IMG/VR virus record: IMGVR_UViG_3300031993_000017
Source: a virus
Lineage: Duplodnaviria > Caudoviricetes
Reading direction: 5' to 3' (one strand)
DNA length: 64,000 nt
Shown here: piece by piece, positions 50,233-58,573 of the stretch
How positions within the stretch are numbered: position 1 is the stretch's first letter
How the letters are laid out: each line of letters opens with the position of its first letter
Made by a program: the position numbers and the translations under genes
The notes under the pieces: model-generated
Database searches by the model: none
What the model saw: the letters and a program-made list of their open reading frames with translations, nothing else
Told to the model about the DNA's origin: nothing

Positions 50233-51117
50233 TTAAGGCCTAAGCTCATTCGCACGATTGATAACCCAATCAGCATACTCCTGTGTAGAAGGAGTTCCCA
50301 CAAGTCCTGGACCGCCATTGTATTTCATGAGTGCATATCTTACACCTTTTCCTTCTTTTACATAATCATTGTAAATCTCAGAACCGATCATAATGTTGTT
50401 CTGAGCATACATCAAGTCTTCGTTAGTGAGCCCATGTGCTCTCAGCCGATCCTGTACCCAACGTACCTGAATCTGCATCATTCCATAGGCCTTTCCATTA
50501 TCTCCATAGATATTGGCAATGCAACAAGATTCTCTCTCGCAGATCGCCATAATGATGTATGGGTCAATACCTTGTGATGTGCAATAATCGTATGTCCATC
50601 TCTGCAGATCAGGATTCATCATACTTGCAACAGGTGTAAAAGTTGGAACAGCTTGTGTTGTTTCAACTTCTGTCGGAATTTCTGAAATACTGGCAGATTC
50701 TAGCTCTGTTGTTTCAATTTCCGTTTCAACTTCTTCAACAGTTGTTTCTAATGCAAGAATCACTTCGAGATCAGGAACAAAATGCTCAGGCTCTTCCTCT
50801 GTTGCTGTTTCTGATTTTGTCTCGATCATGTACTCTGGTTCCTCTGCCCGTACAATCTCCGCATCACGATCTACAGTGATTTTAGCATCCTGATCAGCTA
50901 ACTCTAACAGACTATCCAGATATTCTTTATTCTGCGAGATAGCCATCTCATAACCTGCAACCGCTTCATCGAGAGTGCAAGGTTCATTTTTCAATCCAGT
51001 CTCAGGCATTTCTGGAACCGAATTGAATGTAGAATATCCGAAGATACCAATAGAAAGTACGACGACACTTCCTACTATAACTCCGATGTAACTTGCGTAG
51101 AATTCTAATTTTCGCAT
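50233..51117 (-). CDS. membrane-anchored lytic transglycosylase (SLT)
   Basis: N-terminal TM, acidic linker, AICERES...GMMQI...YNGG. Confidence 0.85.
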   Translation of the reverse strand: MRKLEFYASYIGVIVGSVVVLSIGIFGYSTFNSVPEMPETGLKNEPCTLDEAVAGYEMAISQNKEYLDSLLELADQDAKITVDRDAEIVRAEEPEYMIETKSETATEEEPEHFVPDLEVILALETTVEEVETEIETTELESASISEIPTEVETTQAVPTFTPVASMMNPDLQRWTYDYCTSQGIDPYIIMAICERESCCIANIYGDNGKAYGMMQIQVRWVQDRLRAHGLTNEDLMYAQNNIMIGSEIYNDYVKEGKGVRYALMKYNGGPGLVGTPSTQEYADWVINRANELRP

Positions 51118-51223
51118 AAGATACCTCCAAAATGATGTTATTGTTGTGTTTTACTATAACGAACCAGTTACTACAAAATTATAGAATTGGAATAAAAAAA
51201 TTAAATAAGTCCAAATTCAAACT

Positions 51224-51418
51224 TCACTTTTTGAACTTGGACTTCTTAGTACGTGATGAAATATAAGCATTGAATAGAGATTGTTCTGATTTACGGGCGC
51301 AATATGCCTTATGAAGTTCATTCATCTGTTCTTTGTATGACCTGTATTGCTCGCAGTCACTGTGACAACCTTCGTGACGATCAGAACAATTGTGACATGG
51401 GGTATCTATCTTCGGCAT
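51224..51418 (-). CDS. small Cys-rich phage protein
   Basis: PC..C.DR..GCH..C..Y. Confidence 0.7.
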   Translation of the reverse strand: MPKIDTPCHNCSDRHEGCHSDCEQYRSYKEQMNELHKAYCARKSEQSLFNAYISSRTKKSKFKK

Positions 51419-51450
51419 AGTGGTACCTCACTTTTACATAAAATAGAAAG

Positions 51451-51525
51451 TCGGAATGACAGGATTCGAACCTGCGACCTCTTGATCCCAAATCAAGCAT
51501 TCTAGCCAAACTGAACTACATCCCG
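51451..51525 (-). tRNA. tRNA-Pro(TGG)
   Basis: cloverleaf; anticodon arm CTTGA-TTTGGGA-TCAAG; GGTTCGAATCC. Confidence 0.92.
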
Positions 51526-51667
51526 ATGATTCGTTTCGAGTTTTTTACTAGGTCAAAACGCATCCACAGAACCATACAGATTTTGTGCTTACCTTTAAGC
51601 ACCTAAAACCAGTAATCGCATTACGAAAACTAGAGACCTTCTCTAAACATGTTAGATGGGTGTTGAA

Positions 51668-51867
51668 TATCTCAGGTGAGGATTTGCACCTCACATGATT
51701 GGAGTTTTGGGATATTATTGCTCTCGATTACCTCCCTGTGTTACACCCGAAGGCTCAAGACTGGTCTTGCACTGACTCGATGATTATTTTACACGGCACA
51801 ACATCAATCCGTAACCAACCTATAAGAAGCCACACTTTAGCGTCTACCTATTCTCGCCACTGAGATA
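51668..51867 (-). ncRNA. tRNA-like RNA A (no anticodon arm, ~140-nt insert)
   Basis: TATCTCAG/CTGAGATA stem, Leu-like D-arm, T-arm GTGAGG-TGCAAAT-CCTCAC. Confidence 0.65.
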
Positions 51868-51928
51868 CAATGATCAAGACCGTTCAATTAAAGCACCTGC
51901 AAGCAGACACCACTGAAAAGCCTTGCAA

Positions 51929-52016
51929 TTGAGAGAATGGGATTCGAACCCATGCACGAGTTATCTCGTCTAGCAGATTTCAAGTCTGCACTCTTAAACC
52001 GCTTGAGTATCTCCCC
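51929..52016 (-). tRNA. tRNA-Ser(TGA)
   Basis: GCAGA-CTTGAAA-TCTGC, long variable arm; 1:72 mismatch. Confidence 0.85.
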
Positions 52017-52023
52017 ATGTCCT

Positions 52024-52776
52024 TCAATCGTTACAATTTTCATACAATTCTTCTAATCGATTATAAGAATAAGATGACCTAACATACTCAAATATTTCCT
52101 TTAAATCTGATTCTGTTAGATTCACTATCTTTCTATCTTTAACAGACTTTAACTTAGCATATTTACGTCCTGTCATGTATCCAGATATTTCTACAATTGT
52201 TCCATCTTCTAGTTCAAAATCTGGATAATATTTACATATTTCCCCATTGTATTCATATTCATAGTAACGTATACACCTCTTAAATGATACACCATGATCT
52301 ATGTTGTATATTACATATGCAAGTTCATATGTAGAATCACAGAAGTAACCTTTGTACCAACCTTTTTTGCCTCTACCTGACCTGGTTCTTAATCCTCCAC
52401 AATTAGTAGATAAACGCATACTTTTTGAAATCTTACATTTTCTGTTAGCTTCAATTTCATAAGTTGAACCTCGTCCAGTTGACCAACTATGACCATTCAA
52501 TTTAATATAATCATGAGAAGATTTGCGCATACTTTCGGACATTCGCATTACTCTATCATCTGTTTCCTTTGTAAGACCTTTATTCCACGGACTTCTGCCA
52601 CTGTTTTGATGTCTCGAAAATTCAGGATTTGAAAACGGGCTCTTTATAGGAATTCTATTAGGATTCACTCTACATCTGATTTCATGTTGTTTTAAAGAGT
52701 TTATGTTTTTACATTTTTTCTTGCAATACGAACAGTACAAATCATCTCTATCTTCTAAATAATGATTGTTAGACAT
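52024..52776 (-). CDS. free-standing homing-endonuclease-like protein (Zn finger, NUMOD-like, PD-(D/E)XK-like)
   Basis: C..C.K......L.QH..RC, PWNKGLTKETD, DS.YE...Y.PDF...VEI(S)GY. Confidence 0.7.
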   Translation of the reverse strand: MSNNHYLEDRDDLYCSYCKKKCKNINSLKQHEIRCRVNPNRIPIKSPFSNPEFSRHQNSGRSPWNKGLTKETDDRVMRMSESMRKSSHDYIKLNGHSWSTGRGSTYEIEANRKCKISKSMRLSTNCGGLRTRSGRGKKGWYKGYFCDSTYELAYVIYNIDHGVSFKRCIRYYEYEYNGEICKYYPDFELEDGTIVEISGYMTGRKYAKLKSVKDRKIVNLTESDLKEIFEYVRSSYSYNRLEELYENCND

Positions 52777-52871
52777 CTTAACTATCTCCTTAACGATAAA
52801 TGATGAAATGAGCTTGAAGTTAATGCTTCATTATTTCGAAGGTTAGCTATTCTATCTCTACCCCATTTCAA

Positions 52872-52948
52872 CAGACCAGAGGTTGGATTCGAACTGACGA
52901 TGAAACGCTGTCAGCTATGGCTCGTTATGACCACTTCGATATCTCTCC
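52872..52948 (-). pseudogene. degenerate tRNA (Ser-like 5' end)
   Basis: GGAGAGATATCGAAGTGG...GTTCGAATC but broken anticodon, T and acceptor stems. Confidence 0.55.
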
Positions 52949-52952
52949 ATAA

Positions 52953-53053
52953 TCCAAGCATAGAATAGAGTTTATAGTTGTTTTGTTGCTGAGGGAAACA
53001 ACAGGTTTGAGAGTGTTGCAGGATAAACTTTAGAGGGCTATCCTATGCTTGGA
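52953..53053 (-). ncRNA. unknown structured RNA F
   Basis: 16-bp terminal stem with a G-U pair on the minus strand only; inner stems; wedged between tRNA genes. Confidence 0.5.
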
Positions 53054-53056
53054 AAA

Positions 53057-53134
53057 CTGGACTGGTTGGATTCGAACCAACGAAAAAATGCAGGCGTCAA
53101 AGACCCGTGACTTAAACCACTTGTCGACAGTCCA
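53057..53134 (-). tRNA. tRNA-Gln(TTG)
   Basis: CGGGT-CTTTGAC-GCCTG; T1-A72. Confidence 0.85.
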
Positions 53135-53161
53135 ATGTATTGACTACTAGATCATAGAAGG

Positions 53162-53335
53162 TTATTCAGATTCTTCGTCCTTTTCGCCGACAGATACACG
53201 ATACTCAATCTGTGCTCCGCAGTTTGCACAATGGCATACATGAACGATTCCGTCTCCTTCATACCCAAAATCACTGAAACTGAAATCAGCGTCCCAAACT
53301 ACTCCTTTGGTACAACAGTGAAAACATTCAAACAT
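53162..53335 (-). CDS. small Zn-ribbon protein (MFECFHC...CANCGA)
   Basis: 57 aa, two CxxC motifs, SD AAGGG. Confidence 0.6.
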   Translation of the reverse strand: MFECFHCCTKGVVWDADFSFSDFGYEGDGIVHVCHCANCGAQIEYRVSVGEKDEESE

Positions 53336-53572
53336 AATCGTAACACCCTTTCAATGAAACTGAAAACTTTTAAAACAAATGCATCATTCAGAAGTTAGGT
53401 CTATAAAAATTAGGTATTATATGGTAGTTCCTAGTTTCAACTACCAAGCCACCAATTCTTGTTAGGAGCAAAGAATCTGAGTTTCGGTACGAGTCCTACC
53501 GGACTTTGTATGAGGTTGCTACTCAATCATGCGAGCTGTTGAAATCTTAATTTTCAATATCCAATTCATCTA

Positions 53573-53740
53573 CTAAAGAAAATCCCCCCAACAACTGCAT
53601 CCGTATTTGATAGCGTTTTTGATAATATCAGAATCTGGCATCTCATCCACCGCTTTATATAACGACGGAACTGCGACTTTTATAGCCATTTTTGCAGCAT
53701 CAAGATCAATTTTCACAGTTAAGATTTTTTCATTTGCCAT
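53573..53740 (-). CDS. small hypothetical protein (MANEKILTVK...)
   Basis: AAGGTG SD; possible frameshift at a G6 run near the end. Confidence 0.45.
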   Translation of the reverse strand: MANEKILTVKIDLDAAKMAIKVAVPSLYKAVDEMPDSDIIKNAIKYGCSCWGDFL

Positions 53741-53903
53741 AACTATTCACCTTATTCACAAGTATCCAAAACAACCACCTGACCGGATTGCGTATGAATT
53801 GTTCGGATTCTTCGGCATGTAAGTCAGATGGTTGATAGATAGGATCAACCTGCACACTGGTTGTTCTTCATAGAATCAACACGCGTCATGGATTGATCAC
53901 AAG

Positions 53904-53977
53904 TGGAACATGTAGGATTCGAACCTACAACCGCTCGGTTATGAGCCGAGAACTCTAACCAGTTGAGTTAATGTTCC
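53904..53977 (-). tRNA. tRNA-Ile2 (CAT; lysidine type) rather than Met
   Basis: CTCGG-CTCATAA-CCGAG; body resembles Firmicute tRNA-Ile(CAU). Confidence 0.8.
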
Positions 53978-53985
53978 TTGAAAGA

Positions 53986-54094
53986 ATGGGTGTCCGAATC
54001 TTTGCAGGTGTCTCCCGTAGGAGCATAGGACTATCCTGTTCACGCATCCCTAAGTTTTCGGAAACGGGTATCACTTACGTTTTAGCCCACCCAT
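53986..54094 (-). ncRNA. unknown structured RNA D
   Basis: ATGGGTG/CACCCAT closing stem, GC-rich internal hairpins. Confidence 0.4.
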
Positions 54095-54102
54095 CCAGTA
54101 AA

Positions 54103-54241
54103 AGATGATTGCAGAATCGAACTGCCTTCGCTCCACGCTTCAATACAAAAGGTTACGAATCTCTTGTATTTCTATGGTCTCGAACCACTTTCAACCCTTC
54201 ACCCGTCGGTACGTCAGGTCCCTCCCACTAAGAAATCATCT
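54103..54241 (-). ncRNA. RNA C with tRNA-like acceptor/T-arm
   Basis: AGATGATT/AATCATCT stem stacked on GCAG-TTCGATT-CTGC. Confidence 0.55.
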
Positions 54242-54250
54242 AAGTCAATT

Positions 54251-54344
54251 TTGTGCAATGGCAGTTTCTACAGCCCCACGCTAACTGGACTACTCATTCA
54301 CGGCTGAGTAATCTATGCCGACCCGATTTGCCCTCGGAGCACAA
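54251..54344 (-). ncRNA. unknown structured RNA E
   Basis: TTGTGC/GCACAA closing stem with internal hairpins. Confidence 0.4.
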
Positions 54345-54347
54345 GCA

Positions 54348-54476
54348 TGATTCAATGGTAAGGATTTGCACCCTACAGAATGAGTCCTATTTAGGCATCA
54401 GTTTCAGCCACGGCTATCTCCATACTCATTCGTCTCGCCACCCGCCTATGTTTACCTTTTCCACCACATTGAATCA
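54348..54476 (-). ncRNA. tRNA-like RNA B (no anticodon arm)
   Basis: 10-bp TGATTCAATG/CATTGAATCA stem, Leu-like D-arm, T-arm GTAGGG-TGCAAAT-CCTTAC. Confidence 0.65.
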
Positions 54477-54478
54477 CA

Positions 54479-54562
54479 TGCACCTAAACGGATTCGAACC
54501 GTCACGAGAATATTCTCAATGGATTTTAAGTCCATCGTGTATTCCAATTCCACCATAGGTGC
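54479..54562 (-). tRNA. tRNA-Leu(TAA)
   Basis: ATGGA-CTTAAAA-TCCAT, variable arm. Confidence 0.92.
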
Positions 54563-54669
54563 TTTTGTGTGAGACTCACCCAACCCATATCTCACCTGGA
54601 GTTGCTCCCCATGGGTCTCCACCAATGCGCAACTCTATCCACCAAACATCTAGGAGGTATCTAAATGTA

Positions 54670-54740
54670 CTGGACTAGCTGGATTCGAACCAGCGTTGAC
54701 GGAATCAAAATCCGTTGACTAACCTCTTGTCGATAGTCCA
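54670..54740 (-). tRNA. tRNA-Gln(TTG)
   Basis: ACGGA-TTTTGAT-TCCGT. Confidence 0.9.
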
Positions 54741-54847
54741 ATGATTCTGTTTCAGCTATCTGCCCTACCTAGTTCAACAGAGATGCCTAGAATTCTCTAA
54801 ACACCTCTGCCGAACTCTAAAGAGGTATCTTATAGGCAGGAGTAATC

Positions 54848-55135
54848 TTAGTCATTTGTTACAGCTGTAATCTTGAACATGATCGAAGTCGTTGTCTTTG
54901 AGTACTGATCATACAGACCTGCATCCTTCAGCTTCTTGGTGTCTACAGCCTTCTTATCGTAGGCTTCATAAAAGATGCGATAGATTCCTGTATCTACCAT
55001 ATCAACCTTGCGATCGTCCAATTCTGACTTGAGATCAGCCTTTGTAGAATCTACAATAGCTTTGAGCTCTTTGATCTGAGCTTCAAGCAGTTCAATCTGA
55101 GTGATCTTTGCGTTAATCTGTTCGTTTGTCATCAT
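54848..55135 (-). CDS. small coiled-coil phage protein
   Basis: D.K.LK...LY..Y.K motif; AGGAGG SD. Confidence 0.7.
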   Translation of the reverse strand: MMTNEQINAKITQIELLEAQIKELKAIVDSTKADLKSELDDRKVDMVDTGIYRIFYEAYDKKAVDTKKLKDAGLYDQYSKTTTSIMFKITAVTND

Positions 55136-55251
55136 TATTTCCTCCTAAGATTGTGCTTACATGTTGTTCCTTTGTGCCTGGCAGATGACCTAATGTGACA
55201 ATCATCTGCCAGACAACTGTAAGGTAACTATGACAGGGAAAGTAAGCTGAT

Positions 55252-56181
55252 TTATGCAGGTACTGCCTGTAACTTCTTGAACATTGTGTCTACAAATGGA
55301 TGGCCGACAATTACAGCGTTCCATCTGCTCTCATCTGCGTTCTTTGTGACGCGAAGTGGCTTGGAATGATCCGCGAAGTCTGTAGCCGCCATCATTGCAG
55401 CATAAGCAGTGCCTCTATACTGAGCGACATCCGGCATATCTAAGCATCTGAAATACTCTGCTTTGACAAGATCGATTCTAGACTTGGTAAGATCAGAAGT
55501 CTCAGCAGTTACCGGATACATGATATCTAAGATGCCTTCGATGGTTTCATCAGATACACGAACATTTGCGAGATTCTCAGCTTCCTGCTTAAGTGCTGAG
55601 ATGTATTCGTTGATGAGACCTAATGTTGCCTGAGCCTCCTGTACCTTCGCCTGAATGTCGCCAATGTGTCTAGTAGACCAGGATCTCTTAGCAGTAGATA
55701 ATGCAAGATTAAGTGTGTTGTTGCAGACAACTCTTATAGGAGTCATGCAAACTCTAACTGCTCCGGTACCGTCGTGTGTGTTAGTAAAGCACACATAAGG
55801 TTCAAGATCTTCGCCTAAGATATTGTCCTTCGGAAGCTTTCCTAAGAGCCAGATCTGCTTGCCGTTTCTAAGAGATCCGGCGGTTTCATATGTAAGGCCT
55901 TCGTCTACTAAGCTGTCGGTAAACTCAAATGCTTCGCTGTTCTGAACGATCGTGTATCTGTTAGATACTACTCCTAAGATAGAGTTATCAGAGTCACGTA
56001 CGTTAGCTACGTAACCAGGTGCCTTAACACCGTCTACGAATACATCCTTCTTAACTACGTTCCAATCAAGACCTGCTGCTACGATGGCCTCTTTGGATGT
56101 TAAAGGGTTGTCAAGAACGGTACCAAGACCGTGCCACGGAACTTCTCTTACTGAAAACATTGTTTCTACATTAGCTGACAT
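55252..56181 (-). CDS. DUF932 family phage/plasmid protein
   Basis: MSANVETMF.VRE.PWHGLG, AGLDW, ETAGSL..G, TPIRVVCNNTL. Confidence 0.9.
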   Translation of the reverse strand: MSANVETMFSVREVPWHGLGTVLDNPLTSKEAIVAAGLDWNVVKKDVFVDGVKAPGYVANVRDSDNSILGVVSNRYTIVQNSEAFEFTDSLVDEGLTYETAGSLRNGKQIWLLGKLPKDNILGEDLEPYVCFTNTHDGTGAVRVCMTPIRVVCNNTLNLALSTAKRSWSTRHIGDIQAKVQEAQATLGLINEYISALKQEAENLANVRVSDETIEGILDIMYPVTAETSDLTKSRIDLVKAEYFRCLDMPDVAQYRGTAYAAMMAATDFADHSKPLRVTKNADESRWNAVIVGHPFVDTMFKKLQAVPA

Positions 56182-56245
56182 AATTTGTACCTCCTGTACT
56201 GTTGATAAGATATTTATTTCAGCCGGTCTATTGACGACTGTTTTT

Positions 56246-56274
56246 ATTATAAGAAAAAACTTACAAAAAGTCAA
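56246..56274 (-). promoter_or_regulatory. sigmaA-type (early) promoter
   Basis: TTGACT-17bp-TATAAT. Confidence 0.8.
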
Positions 56275-56310
56275 TAGGTTTTTTAAAATTTTTTTGAATT
56301 GTTGCGATAA

Positions 56311-56736
56311 TTAGAAAAGCCGCTTAACTGAATAAGATTTCAGCTTCTTATCCTCTACATCTTCTTTAACGATTCGCTCTTTATATTTCTGGATATTATT
56401 TGCAGAAATTTCAGATGGAAGATTTGTTCTTGTCAATCTATGTGCAGTAGAAACAACATAAGGATCATCTAGTGGAAAGAATGCTCCGGTGGTTCCATCA
56501 AAATCTTTGAATTCATCATAGTAAACAACTTGCTTAGAGATATCTTCATTACCATTCTGTAACTGAACTAGTTCCTTTGCCCACAAGTCCCACTGTCTAT
56601 CTGACACCAGGTTGTTGCTCATTCGATAGTATATGAAACTATGTACTAAGATATTGAGTCGAAGTCTTTGTATTCTATCAGCTAAGATCAGATCTTCTCC
56701 GGAAAATACTTCATAGTTCCTCTTGTTTTCTTTCAT
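56311..56736 (-). CDS. stand-alone NAD+-ligase domain Ia-like protein
   Basis: HS..YY......VSD..WD....EL..L resembles the LigA N-terminal Ia domain. Confidence 0.6.
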   Translation of the reverse strand: MKENKRNYEVFSGEDLILADRIQRLRLNILVHSFIYYRMSNNLVSDRQWDLWAKELVQLQNGNEDISKQVVYYDEFKDFDGTTGAFFPLDDPYVVSTAHRLTRTNLPSEISANNIQKYKERIVKEDVEDKKLKSYSVKRLF

Positions 56737-57001
56737 AGTTATCCTCCAAGCATTCTTCTATATGAATAGACAAAAGTATTCTAAGTAGAAGTTCCACTAC
56801 ATCTGAATCTTCTGAGGTTGTTATTTGATATTCAATTTCTTGAATCAAGTCCTTACTAATCATTTCAGATGTTCTCCACTAGGTGTTATATGTATTTAAA
56901 CGATTCACGAGTAAAACAAATAGATGTCAGCTAGAAAAGATTTTGTCTTCTAACTGGCATCTATTTGACTTAAGGAGCTATGATTGAAGTGTTCGCTGAG
57001 T

Positions 57002-58234
57002 TTACCGACCTATCTTTCCTAAACATTCATCTATATAATCAATATCATTTCTAACGTCGTTGATGTATTTAAACAGGGTGGAGACCTTGTACTCTCTGTA
57101 TCTTCCGCCTGTTACCGTACTAGGTATGTTCTGTAACACTCGGTTGTAATCTCTAACAGCCTCTCCAAGATATCTTAATGCTTGTGAATAGTTTTCAGCG
57201 TCCTGAGATTCAATGTATCCGTAATCGTCATCAAGTTGAGGTCTAGTATTAGGCACATCTATAGATAAAACACGATCTCTTGTATCTACTAACCTTCTGT
57301 AAATATCTTCTACTTTATCTGCAAGTTTACCAAGATTAGACGGATCCCTGTAGAATTCTACTAACTTCTCTTTCGGATTTGGAATGCGGTATCCTGATTT
57401 ATCGCGCCCTCTATTAGTGATCCAAGAATAATTGTCTGATCCAATACGCTTTTGACCGGCATATCCCCTTTCGTAATCACGACTGTCGAAGAATCTAGGA
57501 TCCTGATATTTTTCTCTAGCTACGGGCGGTGCCTGCTCTAAATCTACATAAGTAATATCGTCTGCATTATCAAGTAACGCTGACCTTGACATTTTTCCGA
57601 GTGTACGAGAACGTCCATTTACAACTATTTGATCCTCGTCATTTACACCAGGAAAATAAATAGTGCGACCAAACTTGTAAATAGGATAGTAGTTGCCAGA
57701 AGGCGCGTCTAAGAATTTTGCAGTGCTTAGATCAAACTCCTTTGCCAACCTATCTTTAGTAAATTGCCTTATTCTCCACCTATTATTGAACCCTTCTCTC
57801 AACCAATCAGGTGCACTAGGATCAATGGAAGCAGTTATCCGACGACTCCTTCTTAATCTTGTTGAGGTGTTTACAATATCAAAAATCTCTTCATAAGATT
57901 CAACTGTCAGATCATTGCAGGCCTCTTGAAATGCTTCGTCTATTGCATCTTCCTCGCTATCTGCATATACACTATAAGTTTCATCCAGTCCGATGTAAGT
58001 TGCAAAGTTATAAGTTACTTCGTACTCTCCATCGGCTGTTTCTTCAACATCTACATCAGAAAGAAGATCACTGGCTATATCGTTATCAGGATCCTGAATA
58101 AAGATGCACAAACTTTCTTCAAGATCGTCCTCGTTCCAGTAAGATTCGTTATCAGGATCTACATAAACATCTACGGTTTCATATCCATTGATATATCCTG
58201 CGAATCCTACTTCTACACTAAAGTGTCTCTGCAT
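57002..58234 (-). CDS. fusion protein: acidic N-terminal repeats + internal basic tag + paralog of 9938..10855
   Basis: two F.[GT]YI..E...VY repeats; RLRRSRRITAS linker; YQDPR, YAGQ, RDKSGY. Confidence 0.75.
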   Translation of the reverse strand: MQRHFSVEVGFAGYINGYETVDVYVDPDNESYWNEDDLEESLCIFIQDPDNDIASDLLSDVDVEETADGEYEVTYNFATYIGLDETYSVYADSEEDAIDEAFQEACNDLTVESYEEIFDIVNTSTRLRRSRRITASIDPSAPDWLREGFNNRWRIRQFTKDRLAKEFDLSTAKFLDAPSGNYYPIYKFGRTIYFPGVNDEDQIVVNGRSRTLGKMSRSALLDNADDITYVDLEQAPPVAREKYQDPRFFDSRDYERGYAGQKRIGSDNYSWITNRGRDKSGYRIPNPKEKLVEFYRDPSNLGKLADKVEDIYRRLVDTRDRVLSIDVPNTRPQLDDDYGYIESQDAENYSQALRYLGEAVRDYNRVLQNIPSTVTGGRYREYKVSTLFKYINDVRNDIDYIDECLGKIGR

Positions 58235-58255
58235 TATAATATCCTCCCATAGTTG

Positions 58256-58564
58256 TTATTTGCATAATATGTAATAAGTATGAGTTGCTGGGTAAGAATC
58301 TTCTCCAGTATCCTCTAATTCTTTTTCATCTATTCTAGGCATACAGTCGAAATTTTCACGAATAAGCTCATCAGCGTAAAGATGATCATGTTTCCAATCA
58401 CCATCAATCTTGAATGTAATCTTAGCTACGGGTAGATCTTCGAAGTAATCTAAGTCCCATAGCTCTGCCCAGATATGAGCGTCTGAAAGAACTTTATCCA
58501 TTCTTGCTGCAAGATCATTCAGCTTATCTCGATCTTGTGTGCTAGCTTTGATGTATCGTTTCAT
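58256..58564 (-). CDS. KRY-tag protein
   Basis: MKRYIKAS; I.GDWKH.H motif. Confidence 0.75.
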   Translation of the reverse strand: MKRYIKASTQDRDKLNDLAARMDKVLSDAHIWAELWDLDYFEDLPVAKITFKIDGDWKHDHLYADELIRENFDCMPRIDEKELEDTGEDSYPATHTYYILCK

Positions 58565-58573
58565 GTTTCCACC

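Noticed and set aside
51668-51867. Group I intron-containing tRNA or tmRNA
   Set aside because: The insert is too short, with no recognisable P7 core or split anticodon loop, and there are no alanine identity elements or tag ORF.
54251-54344. Hammerhead or other small ribozyme
   Set aside because: GAAAC is present, but there is no CTGANGA core in the right context, and twister/pistol consensus was not evident by eye.
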